Assembly: GCA_964304625.1 (NCBI GenBank) | Contig: OZ199839.1 | Coordinates: 10,263,287-10,327,286 of the forward strand | Reading direction: 5' to 3' | Length of the DNA: 64,000 nt | From: Kudoa neothunni | Lineage: Eukaryota; Animalia; Cnidaria | Shown here: positions 49,366 through 62,700 of the stretch, piece by piece | Numbering within the stretch: position 1 is the first letter of the stretch | Layout: every line of letters starts with the position of its first letter | The notes under the pieces: generated by a model | Databases searched by the model: none | Seen by the model: only the letters and a program-made list of their open reading frames with translations | Told to the model about the DNA's origin: nothing | Position numbers and translations under genes: made by a program

Positions 49366-52000
49366 TTATCTGATTCTTCCACCTATTGCAACCTTCTTTC
49401 GATAAATAACCATGTAATAGAACAATCCTCCAGCGACGCATAGTAGTACTCCAATAACACTCCCCCTAACAAAATCGTCATTTATTTTATATTCGGAAAT
49501 GTTACGATATAATTCCAGCAGTCTTTAAGCTATATTTAATATTAGCATCATATTCAAAAAATTAAAATGTTACTGGTTTGAATTTACTGGAGCAATAATA
49601 TCAGGGGCTAAAATATATAATTATCGAGATTTCCTTTTGAATATTCTTCACAACATACTACAAAATTAATATTATCACACATTCTAATATAAATATTATT
49701 TATGAATTTTTATTGGATAAATATTGTAAAAATAATATTTTGAATAGTCTTAATCAGGATCAAACGGCTTACCCTTTTGTGGTTCTACGTTTAACATTTG
49801 TCGTAGGTGAAGCTAACGTTGTAAATTAAATAAATATATTTGATACTTGTTTTTACTACAAAATATTTAATGCCATTCATTTAAAAATTTTAATACCCTG
49901 TAGTTACTTCCTCCTTAGCAACCACTATAAGAGTAAAATGATTAATTCTTATTTTTTTAAGCGAAATACTTGGTCTGATCGTATAAATCGTTTCTCCGTG
50001 TGTATATTTCGCAGGTTTCACAATTAACTTATATGATTTTGCAGAAGAAAATCCTGAATATATCATTGCGTTGCATTTTACTTGGCAACTGCCACCAGTT
50101 TCTATGCAAGGAGTTCCAACTTTGGTTGGATTGGTAACATCCGTAATATCAAGTAATGTATTATAACATATCATCTCAGTCATATCTCTTATCGGATCCA
50201 TGGTTGCAGAAAAAGTTACACTTACACCATTTAGTTGGTGAGTTACAGTTAGTGTTGCGCCATCTACATTAAGTAACGATTGCAAAACTAAACATTAATA
50301 CCGGTTATTAATTCATTAATTTCCACATCATTGTTAGAACTATCAAATTTTATTAAAATTGAATATTCCGTCCCTCGTTCCAATCTTTCAAGCTCAATTG
50401 ATTCAGAACACATTACTCTGCACGGAAATCTTCCATTACAATAGGCATCAGTATAGAATTTCGTCCATTCGTTCTTTATTTTGACTATGCATGCAATGTT
50501 GTCCGCATTTAAAGTCATTGGCTGAAACTTCATTCTTGTATCCAAAACTATTACTTTTTCTTTGAGAAGAGTGATGTCCTCCCCAGCTAGAGACTGATTT
50601 GATTTAGCCATATAAAAAATTTATTACTTGTTTTTATATAAAATTCTGACACTGCATCCTCAGTGGTATCTTTTATTGCAACGGCAATTATGACGTAGCT
50701 TGTCCCTGGCTTTAAAGTGGAAACACTCTCGCTGTTGCAACCGTTACCACAGTTACCACTAGAACATTTAAGTTCAGATTTTGTTTGTACATCTGGATCA
50801 AGAGCATTTCTCACGTATACGATACAGCTGGTTGCAGTTGTTGTACCATCAGAGATTTTCATACTTGAAAGGTCTAGTGTAAATCCTGTTTGTGCCATGT
50901 CCGATAGTTTAATAGCATTATTCGCAACTAAAGATATATTTGGCTGAATTTAATTAATTTTTAATACTCGTATATGTTTTTGTTTGAAATGTTGGATTAG
51001 GGATTTCACGAATGGAAACTGACACCTGTTGGTAAGTCGACGCATCAACTTTCATTACAACCTCTGTGCATAGACTTATGCACGAAGTCGTGGCTGTTCC
51101 ACAGGTAGTTACATATGTGTCACTAGTTACAGATGCCTCTTTTATCTTGAATTCACAAATTCTATCAGGCTTTGGGTTCAGAATAGTAATTTTAGTGTTT
51201 TTTTGTACTGTTTCTATGGTAACATTGAAAAAAATTTCAGAAAATTCCGATGCTTTCATTGTGTATTTATTCTGGATATAGTATACAAAATCCGGGAAAA
51301 AATCGCCACATTTTAAAGTATATTCATGTCGATATGTCAAAAGACTTGCTTCAAGATTAGCTTGATTTACTGATGTACAAGACTCTGTGCTAGGAGTAGA
51401 CTTGATAATTTCAATATCATCGGAAGTGATTTTACATTCTGTTATAGGGCAAATCATGTTGTAAGTAAATTTAACGTCACTATTTTCAGTTGAGACAGTT
51501 ATATCTGGACTCAATATATAGTCTAAAAATACATAAAATTTAGTAAGCTCTGTGATTTAACGTTTAGATTACTTTTTGGTATCAAAAGGACTTTTTTAAG
51601 TGTTGGAGCATTTAGAGCATTTTCTACCGTATCGGCAGCTTTTATTAAAATAAACGTTGTTGAAAATGAAGCTTCTTCTAATTCTATGTCTTTCTTATCA
51701 CAAGCAACAACACATTTCGCTCCTTTTTCGGTTCCAGTACAACTAAAGTCCTTGTATGTCAATCTTCTTTCTTCCACTTTAGATAACTGTATATAGCATT
51801 TAACTGTACTGGTGAATTCCTTGAGTGATATTTCAAGTTTATTTCTCTTAGTGTTTTCTTTCTTTATCCCAAATTCTAGATAATTGTTTTTTTGCACATC
51901 TTGAGTATTTAACGCGCCTAAAAAGTTTATATAAAAGTAAATAAGAGCAGTTACTTATAAATAAAAATGGGAAAAAGTATATTTTAACGAATAAAGTCAT
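49366..52000 (-). CDS. Tandem surface-protein gene, copy 5
   Basis: Exons 52000-51955 (signal peptide), 51917-51573, 51522-50968, 50927-50628, 50586-50302, 50263-49970, with phase-1 introns of 37, 50, 40, 41, 38 and 45 nt. Micro-exons 49924-49897, (49855-49847), 49812-49773, 49607-49574, 49529-49506; TM exon 49465-49366. Confidence 0.87.
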
Positions 52001-54049
52001 ACAAAATTATATTAGCCGATTATATCTAGTATTTAGACATTCGTGAATACGATCTATTCAACGAACAATTCATTTTCCGGATATCCCCTATAGATAAAAT
52101 GTATTCAAACTTGGAGGTTACTGAAAGGTAATTGCATAGTAAGTTAACTCTTTAACGTATATATAACCGCTACCATATAAATTGTATATTAGACGCCCTT
52201 TTCGATGAAATATGCCTAACTTAGAAAGCGACTGCTGCACAAGTCATCATTTAATCAATTAAATTTTTATTATTTATTCACTTTATAAAAATGCATTTGG
52301 TACATTTTTTATAATGTTGCATGAGATAATTAAAATAAAACAATCCTATCTAACAGAGGAAAAATACGAAAAATCAATCTCTTAACCACTTTTATATGAT
52401 TTGCGTACACGTACATATAAAATGTTTTGATATCAGTCTCTGAATATAATTTAGATAATAACAATTCATTGAAAATAACTGATCATATAAAGCGAATATA
52501 TTTGTATTACTTTCGAATATTAAAACTATTTTTTTAAACTTGGAGTATTCAATATTATTTTTATTGGTTTCACGTAACTTTTCATTAATTATATAAAATT
52601 TTTAAAATTTTAATTTAATATCATATTGTTGTTAGGTTGACAACGTCTCCCATTAATTTTATAAATTTAAATGGCAGAATATCCTGTGCATAATTGTTTG
52701 AGCTCTTCATTTAGAAGTGATAGTTAGATCAACTACGGTAGTTTCGCGGTAAAAGTTTATTAACTTTATATTTTAATTTTTTTAAAGGATTAAAAGATCA
52801 GTGGGATTTGTGAAGAAATACATTCCTTTGATGTTATTTCATTTCTTTAAATTGCTTCCATCGAATTTCGTTGTAAATGTGTAAACATAAATAATCAATG
52901 TTTCCGCTGATTAAATTCATTAGAAAAATTTATAAAATACAAAAAATATTAGAAAATGAATCGTTATTATTAAAAACTCCATTACATATTTTAGTTTATA
53001 GCATTGTAAATTAAAGTATCAGTAATTTTCGCTCACCTGTATCAAATTTAGTGTATCAAACTTTTTGTTCGTATTTATCAGAAATATTCCTAGTTTCGAT
53101 TTAAGATGAATAGCCATTGAGAGCTAAAAAAATCAATCAATGTAAATGCCCATCTATAAATCTACGCATGGCTTTTTAATCGCGTTATTTTTATTTTGGT
53201 TATTTTCCACCATTTCTCAATTCTGATGGCTATAATATTTTCAAAATATTGTAAAATTAAAGTCACCGAAGTTTTTTATTTAATATTGGTAAAATATGGA
53301 ATGTTTTAGGAAAACTTTGAAAAACGGATTACTTATTGCAATTTTTTAAATAAAAAGGTCATAACGAAGAAAGTTGTAATGAGATCAGTAAAATGTCAGA
53401 CATAAATAGGACTACTCTCACGGAACCATAATTTGCTCAAAATTCGTTTACAATAAAAAAATTTCGTATTCTACATCTTATTTATGTCTATTTAAAAGAA
53501 AAGAAATGGTGCTGAACAAATTCTATTTAACCAAAAGGAATATATTTTAACTTCTCAAAACTGTTAACCATTTCTTACATTAATTTAATCTTCTTAAGAC
53601 GTCAGAATCAATTAGACCCCAAATCAAAATTAATTTGCTGTTAACTTTTTGGTTGAAAATTTGTTTTCAAATTCAGATTATTCTAACACTTTTATGGTGA
53701 ATATATTATATTGTTTTCAATATAATATATAACAAAATTCTTTAAAATAATTTCATCTTGCAAAAACTTTGAGATTAAATTGTTATCGCAACTTTTAGAT
53801 AAAATTTTATTGAAAAATATCACTACTCAGGATCCGATGCATTTTATTTACCATTAATAATTAAATATTAATCAAAATATTTCAAAATCTTGTAATTAAT
53901 CACATCAGACATACTTGCATTATTAGAGTATAAATGTGAATGGAAAACATTTAAAATCAATTATGAACTTCGTTAAAAATAAAAATAATAGATTTTTGAG
54001 AAAAACGTCACAAATTATTTTAAAAATAATAACTATACCATAGTATTAT

Positions 54050-55100
54050 TTTGAGCAGTCAAAACATTATTTTAATGAATATCATTGACAATCTGGGAAA
54101 CATATATTTTTGTCATTCTTACGTGGACAAATGACACACCGTGAGCTTAACTGTTTTTATTGGTAAAATGATAATTATGTTGCAAAAGAAGGTTTTCTTT
54201 TATGATATTCCAATTTTATCATTTCTTGTAACGAGCGGTTGATCAGTTCTTCGATTATTTCATCCAATAAATTATATCAAAGTTTAGGTCATCTTCCATA
54301 TAATTATCAACAACACAAATGTATTGATCAATGACAAATAAATTATACAAAAGAAAACAGTCATTGGCTATATTTGCTTAAATCAATTAACCGCTACAAA
54401 TTCTAGCATTCTAGCAACTGTATCAACTCCTTCTTTGGTTTCAATATAACATGTAATAACTTCAGGTTTCTTCTATGTTTCATTTAGAATTTTCACATCT
54501 GTTGACCCAATGGATAATGGAATGGAGGATTTATTCTTTTTGGATATATACGATGCTAGCATATATTTTTCATAAAATAAAAACATTATGATAAATGGTT
54601 GTTTTTTGTCGGATAGAAGTATATACTTTGGAGGGTCTTCTTGGTGTCTTATCGTTCCTAAATATGTCAAACGATTTTATAACAACTTGACGAAAGTGAA
54701 ATGTTTATTATATATTTTTCGAGAAGATCAACGAGAAAAAGAATTTATAACATATTTTTCCGGTTTAAGAGGCATATATTGTCTAAAAAGACATACCTTG
54801 TTAAAAGTGACCCATTTTTCATTGACTGTAACATCTCGATTGGGAAAAATATTTTGATAATTCTTTTTCCCAAATTTCCCACATATCACAGATATGACCA
54901 GACCTATCAGATTTGCCACTTTCCACCCTTATATTGAAATAATCAAAATAGATTGTCCTTATGATTTGTTTGGATATATATATATTTTGAAAAATTGCGG
55001 TAAATCTCCTTTCCTTTGGTTAAGCTAAACAATTCCGATAACAGCACTTCTCTGTCGTTATATAAAACCCAACGAATAAGAATACCCAAGGAGACATTCA
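54050..55100 (-). mobile_element. Decayed piggyBac transposase
   Basis: VTVNEKWVTFNKVCLFRQYMPLKPEKY, TYLGTIR..LASYISKKNK, ETKEGVDT and C-terminal RCVICPRKND, with stops and frameshifts. Confidence 0.8.
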
Positions 55101-56709
55101 ATTCTGTAGTATTAAAATATCCCCACTCATATTTTGGTTAATCATATTAAGTCGTCATAATCTTTTTTATAAAACCCAAAATAATTAAAAAGAAAAATGA
55201 CATAAAATCACTTCATGATTTAATTTATAATTATAATAAAAAATTTATATAGGGTAATTGCCAATTGAGATATCTGGATGACTCAAGAAAATAATAGAAT
55301 TACCAAATGTCATATGGAACATACAAAAAGCTTCTTGAATGGCCTAAAGCTACAGAATTAGTATATTAGTTACAGAAATTTGAAAAAAATGTCGACTACC
55401 CCATATCAAACCTCGCAATACCGAGACCTTACTGCATATACTTGTTAGATGTATCTACTATGAGATTAGTGAGACAATCATTTATGTGGCCTTCTCCTAA
55501 CTATTGCATAATAAACATCAATAAAGAAAACTGAGAAAGTTTAAGCGCATAGTATTTCATTTTGAATATTATTATTCAATTAATATTACACATATTTTTT
55601 TGAATTTATTAAGCTTCAGAAATTCAAAATTGGCAAATATAAGTTTTTTAAATCTAATCATACGTCACTTGGACAAGCAAAAATTTTGAATGGATAAAAA
55701 GTTATCAAGGATTTTGATGAAAACATAACATTTGTAGAATATACAAAAATATTTATTGTTTAAGAGTAAAAGATTTTCTAGCTATTAATCTCCAACATAA
55801 CCAAATTCCAAACAAGTTAGTTGGTTGTCTAAGATACTTGTTGGATTAGAATCCACCGGCGTCACATTCGAGCCAGTTGAATTTTCATTAGTTTTCACTA
55901 ACAAGTTGACAGAAACTCAAAATTTGATAATTATCTATTATTTACTATTTATAATGGCTCTTCTCCATGAAATATAAATAACACAATTATGTTAACTATA
56001 AAGCCTGCGTTACAGGGCTATCTGCAATTAAACACAAGGATATATACAATAGTTTGTTTGCTTTACGATATTAGATTCATAAAATTAACAGCAAATAATA
56101 CGGTGGTAACAAAATATTTTTAACTACTTATTCGCTATACAAGTCAAATATTGTAGTTCACAATCAGTCGAAGCAAATTCTAGGGGTAACTCATTTATAT
56201 TACAACATTGATCCAAATTAAAACTGCGAGTAGTTTGTTTTGCAAACCGATCTAATTTGATGTTAAAACAAAAGATTAAAACTAAATGAATCCATTAATT
56301 TAATTCGGTTACGTAGCCCTCTAATTTGGCCATTTGACACCTCAAAATTGAGCGGCAATTTGGTGAAGACTTCTTATGATTAAGCGTATCTTTGTCTTAC
56401 GAAAAATCCTGGTTATTCTTACTTTATTAGAATTATTCTAATAATTTTTTTTTAATTTTAGTGCCTAATCATTATAAGAATGTTTTGATATATGATTTAA
56501 GAGGATAACAACAGAATTCTATTGGTTGCTAACTTGTTGTATCCCTTGGAATATTGCTATACTTATATTTTCGTTATTTGATCAATCTTGGAGAGAGCTA
56601 AATGTTTGACAAACGGCGGATTTTAAAAAAGTGGTAAATTTGAAAATTACCTCAATTAAATTGATCTATTTTGTTTTGTTTGAGGTGTGAAGGGTTTATA
56701 ATTTTGAAA

Positions 56710-59700
56710 ATGCAGAATCAGTCGGTAGCAATGAATAAAATCGTTCCATACACAAGTAACCAGAAAACGCTGAGCAACAATTCCACCGTCAATGGAGTCA
56801 ATAATGGGCATTATCTACCTGGTAACGATCCTAGCGTGAATGAGTAACATACGATTCCAAAGAATGGAAGTATCTATGACAATCAAACAGTTAAACATCA
56901 TAATCTAATGATTGCCTACCCAACTTGCGGGTTAAATTTGGCCCATAATTTCCCCACCGTACGTGAACACCAGCACATGCCACCAAACCCAAACTTTGGG
57001 CAAATAAACGATTCCCACGTCATCAACAATGCTACGTTTCCAAGTAATTACAGTTGTAACGGTAACCTCTACCCACAGAATGAGCATATCCAAAATTCTT
57101 TTCCCCAAGCATTGAACCCATTTCCAGGGTTAGAGATCGATCATTATCCGCTCCAATCCCGACAGAACACTTCTGTGCCGTCTTACCTAGACCGGCCTCG
57201 CACACTCTCCTCAACCCACCTTGGTATTCCATCAACTCAATTTGATAAAAAGTTCAGCCAAATTAATAACCAATCTCTCTATTATGCATTCTTTCCCACT
57301 TCAATAAAGGAATCAAAAAACAATGGTCCACTTCCACAAGAAAACCAATTAGTGTACCATCGACAATATTGTAAACAAAGAAACATTAATACCACAAAAA
57401 ATTCTGCTTTTTCTCTGGATGAAACTCAGACCAATAATATGAGAAATTTGAATAAGTATATTCAAAGCAATCAGCCTCTACTTAGCAAAAATGGAAGTGC
57501 ACACCAGCTAGCTTCGGCATTTAATCATGCTGAGTTACTTCAACTGTTCACCAAAGGCAGTCAGTTTCCCGTTACCTGTACAATGAATAACCTTTCCAAT
57601 CAAAGTTACGCTCAAGGTATTTCTATTGTATATATAATCATATACTTACAATTTGTAATATAGATCATACCAAGCTACCAATGGGTTATTCTAACACTCA
57701 ATTACTTTGTGATACCAATAAGGGGTTAAATGGGTTTTCATCAACTGATTCATTGTTGTCGACGCCTACTAGTCCAATCCACATGTAAAAATTATATACT
57801 CATTTTTATGATGAATTTAACTTGAATATATATATCCAGGGATTCAAAAACAGTTTTAAAAACTAACCCGGGGGAAAAGTAGTTGCCAATTTGCCAGCAG
57901 AGATTTTACTACTGGAACTGAAGTCGTTAAAATGGATTTAATAGATCAAGGTAATGAGTGAGATAGGTGATATCCAATATAATCATTTTTATTAGTAAAT
58001 GTTAAAAATATAAACGGAGATGGTTTACAATTTTCCATGAGCCCGGATAATGGATACTATAACAAGAGGCAACAACATCAACAAGCGGTGATTCATAAAC
58101 AAGACTTGTCGAACTCAACCCCCCCTGCGTCACACACCGATCAGGACCAAATACGCTTCCCTGGCAGTAATACAGACAGTGTTGCAAACATCATGAGAGA
58201 TAAATACAACATGAATGATGTAAATCATCGCCAACAACGACAACCTACTGAACCAAACAACTATGTTAATTCAGTTCCCGATGCCAATATGGGTGTTAAC
58301 TCGAGTAGACAACGGAGATTGAAGACTCCTTCTCAACAGAAAAATGAAATTATCAGAGGACAAAATGATGAAAAAGTAATTCACTCCGAAAAAACGTTAA
58401 GAGAGATGGCTGCAAGGCACGAGCCTTTCTTATGTGTATCGCCAATCAAACATTTAACTAACAATACACACGTTTGGCAAAATGGTTTTATGCCAGTTAT
58501 TCAACCAAGTATATAATAGATCTGTTTTTTTTTTTGAAAAAATGGTGTGTGTTTTAGATGACCCATTATTGGAGCAAGAATGGTTGGCCGGAATGAGAAT
58601 ATATGGATATTACGTCCGACATTATATGTTGCCAAGTAAGTTTATTTTTAATTTGTATATATTTACACATGTTTGTTAGATATTCATATAGAACATTTGC
58701 CAGATTCGTTAACTAAGAAATTGCTGTTGAGCCAGTTGGGGAAAATCGATTTGCTCCTATTTCTTCATCCAACATCTCCTATTCCAAATAAAGAATGTTG
58801 AAGATTTTGTCTCATTTTTGGCATATGGGAATGAACAGAGGCTGACTCGAAATGGGAGGTATATATGTAGATTCTTACAGCTGTTAAATGAGCATTAAAA
58901 TTACAATAAATTTCTATATAGAAGTATATTTCCAAGAATTGAGTTCACGCCTAAAAACCTACAACCAGACACCACATACAGTTTTTTCCTTGAAATTCTG
59001 CAGGGTGTTGAAGGTTGAACACAGGAAGAAATTCATCATTGAAGATGATTTGGAGAATTCTGTTGAGTACAAACATAGATTGGGCCAGCAGAAAGGATCA
59101 AAATGGATGGAAGATTCTATTTCTTTTCGTGAAATTAAAATCACAAACAATGAAGATCTGGCAGATAAACCAGATATGGTAACAAAATCTATCACAGAAA
59201 TAATGACATTTGTTTCTAATCTTTTCTGACGTTGTAATAATTTTCTAGGTAATACTTAAATCATCCAAAATGTATATCGTTAAACTGTGTATCACCTTAA
59301 ACGGTTACAATCCCGCTTCTCCGTCCAATTCGAGGTCATATTGTGGCCCTGTTAACATTCTACGATTCATCTCAAGGACAGCATACACATTTTCTGAAGT
59401 AATTTGATGCTAAATCTTATTTATTTGAATCTTTTTTGATTAAGATTAACGAAATGAAAAAAAATTGTAACAAATTCGCTTACGGGGAGAGACGGGATAA
59501 TGACGTGCGAAAACCAAGAAGAGACGCTAAGAAAATTGATTTCTTCGAGCGTTGTTATTCCAATATGCGTACAAATGAATAATAAACATGTATACTTTTA
59601 GGTTGCCCAAGATGTCGAATGGTCTCTTCAAACAAAAAATTTTACTAGCTCTTTGGCCAACAACACACTCTATCAAAACGCAATTAACAACCACATCCGA

Positions 59701-59844
59701 CTAATTCCCTCCGAAGGTGTATATGGATTCGACTACAGTGACGACAGCCTACTCATAAAAATGCTTAATGCAGAATCCGACCGTGATTACAATCGGTGTT
59801 CGATATTCAAACAATGGCAACAAGAAGGAGGAGTCTCCAAATAA
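56710..59844 (+). CDS. Divergent T-box transcription factor, multi-exon, three apparent frameshifts (possibly pseudogene or consensus errors)
   Basis: Spliced T-domain at ~58.8-59.5 kb: FLAYGNEQRLTRNGR|SIFPRIEFTPKNLQPDTTYSFFLEI..HRKKF..HRLGQQKGSKWMEDSISFREIKITNN..|VILKSSKMYIVKL..FISRTAYTFSE|INEMKKNCNKFAYGER. Intron positions match those typical of T-box genes. Long N/Q/P-rich N-terminus; start codon (56602 or 56710) uncertain. Confidence 0.8.
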
Positions 59845-61249
59845 GAATTCCATCCAAATATTCAAAATACGATATCATCTACATAAATTCTTGTCAATTC
59901 ACCCTTTCCCATTTCCATCTTAAAGTTTCGCCCTTTTTTCTGTTCCTTACCTTACCATATAATCGATATATTACGAACTTTCTTAGTTACTCTTAGTTTT
60001 TTAGTTTGATAATCTGATTACTTGTTGGGTATATTATAATTTATTTAAATTTAAATGATAGTTTTCAATTACAAATTGAGTTGAATTTTTGTGACCTAAT
60101 TTTAAATAAAAATAAATTAGGCAAGGAAAAGGAATATTTGTTTATTACATTAACTTAAAGCCTATAACATCTGAGTCATTTAGTTAGTGATTTTTTTATA
60201 TTTAATTTGTAAAGATCTCTCAACTTTTTCTCGAGATTGGAATATTCTGCTTTCACCTCTTTACAGCTTACAGCTCAAGGTTCATTTAAAATTTAAATGA
60301 ACATGGGAAAAAATTGTCTCTCCTTGGAACTACATTTTGATTATTTTCTCTAAAATAATATTTGAACGTTATCACATGACAATATCTATTTCAAATATTA
60401 GAAATAGTGGGTTAAAGCTCACTTTAGCCCAGTGGTGGAAACAACATGGCTAAAGTGCAGGCCACATTAGCGCATTACAGAATCTTGGAGGGCCGTATTA
60501 TTGACTAAGTGTTTTTTTGATAATTTAAATACTTATTGATGGCTTTGCTAACACTCTTGGTACAATAAAAAAAGAAAATATATGAATTCACTTGAAAATG
60601 TTTCCAACTAGTGAAACTTAATAAGGAATTAAATAGATTTTTTAAATATAGTAATTTTGTGACTGTCATACTATTGTATCGATTGAAATAATAGGCTTTA
60701 TACTTAATAAATTTTAATTTTAATTGCAGGTGTGAAAATTTAATAATACTCGTTAAGTAAACATGAAATTTTTAAACATAGCATCCAATATAACATATAC
60801 TCTAAAAGTGGTCTAAATTATCAATATGAATATAATAAAATTAGCCCAAAAATTACATTCATGATATTTCAGATTACACCAAATTTATTATGAACTAAAT
60901 ATCACCGACGCATGGAAGTAATTTTCTCAAAATTTATTACGAAACATTTTAATTCCAAAGTATGATCTAAATAACTTGAAATTACAAAAATCGTAATTTT
61001 TGGTAATTATCAATGTAATATTCATATTTTTAAGGTTTTGTAAAATGATTTTTCATAATAAAAATTTCACCCAAAAAAGATATAAATTATTATTTTTTAG
61101 CCCAAATTGTTTCTTTCAATTTCACTTATTTATATCAATAAATAACAGAAATATTTATCATAAGGTTTTAACTCTGAATTGATTGGTGTTTCTTTTTATA
61201 AAGTTCAAAGTATTTTGAGGCCGTTTATTCTCTATTGTTATCGTTGGCT

Positions 61250-62700
61250 TTCTTATTGAATTCTCTATGATTCATTTGATGCTACCGCTTCAAGTCATAT
61301 TCCTTTAATACAGGAACTGATTCGAGACAGGCAACAATCCAATTTATCCACTGAATGTGTGAAGAAATATTTTTTGAGTCCCATTATCATGAAGACTGCA
61401 GCTTTCTTCAATAAGTGTACAAACATGTAATGTCGACAAACGACGATTAATAAGGGAAGTTTGAGCGCATTATCACTTGAGAAAATTAGGAAGATAGAAA
61501 ATTATTCCTACGTTAAGCTGATAAATTGATACACCTCTATTATAAACATTTATAGTTAAAAATCTAAGGATATCTAAAAAATTATACAAATTACATTGAT
61601 TTTATACTATTTGAACATAGCAATAAATAATTTTTTCGTTGATATATCGTTTGTAATTAAGGGTACGTAATGGTTCCTATTGTGTTAAATTTCTAATTTA
61701 GATATGAATATCGCATGCCCATGATTTTTTTAACATTTAGTTAATTTTAGATTCTTTTGTCGTAAATTGAATTTGAAGTACCAGTTTTTTCAAAAGTTGA
61801 TAACCTGTTATTTGGTTTTAAGTGCGTACAAACCTTCCCTTGATCATTATTACAAGTGATAATCAAAGGTAGGATTGCCAGACTATTTTTGTAAATCGTA
61901 CCAAATAGTTTCAAAAAATTTAAAATCATACTAAAATTTTAAAAATAATCCAAAAAATATAATTCTAGCAACATTAAACTAATCGAAACCGAAAAAATAG
62001 TTGATATGACCTATTTATATATCAAAATATTTATTCGTTATCACTGTCCTTCTTATTATATAGGTTTATTTTTTCCATCATTTTAGTTAATTGGTCAGAT
62101 GGATTCCAGCACGTGCGACTGACGTCTCTCAATAAACATTTAATATATAGCAGAGCAATTGTTGTTTCATCTTCCGATACGAACCGTTTTCTAACTTGGT
62201 TTTTATTCATTAAAAAAAATAATCTACCAGCAGATCCAGGCGTACGAGACAAAGCAAGTAAAGACAGCATTAATTTTGACAGTAGTCGATACTTAAATAT
62301 TACTCCTCTTCTTTCATTTTTGAACGCATATCAATATTCCTTCGGATCTTTTCAATGAAATGACCGTTATTTTACAGTCTATGTTATATCTATTCACTGT
62401 CCGAGTTTAAATGCTCATCTTCAACAATAATATTTGGAAATCTCATTGAGAGGGGTGTAATGGAATGGGGTTTTACTTCATTGACATTTGCAGGATGGTT
62501 GCTTCAAATAACCGTATCGACATAAATTTTGCTATGCTTATAAACCTTTGAAATATCTGTTTCGTCAGTAATAAATGGACATCTATAATTTTGGTTAGAA
62601 AGTAAACAATATCTTGAGTACTTATTCTAGTAGTATTTTCATTCCAAACTGTTTCTACTTTTGATTCTCAATAAAATTTATCCGGATGAATATAATTTTA
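61250..62700 (-). pseudogene. Degenerate coding relic, possibly a transposase
   Basis: Long nearly open frames broken by stops (YLSIDYCQN..PG..LFFL; LIITCNN..G), loosely reminiscent of Sola-type DDD transposases. Family not secure. Confidence 0.3.

Noticed and set aside
14876-51281. Repeated plus-strand ORFs inside the array (e.g. 14876-15154, 15352-15591, 29275-29490, 44254-44547, 51066-51281)
   Set aside because: Antisense shadows of the minus-strand exons; they recur only because the gene is duplicated.
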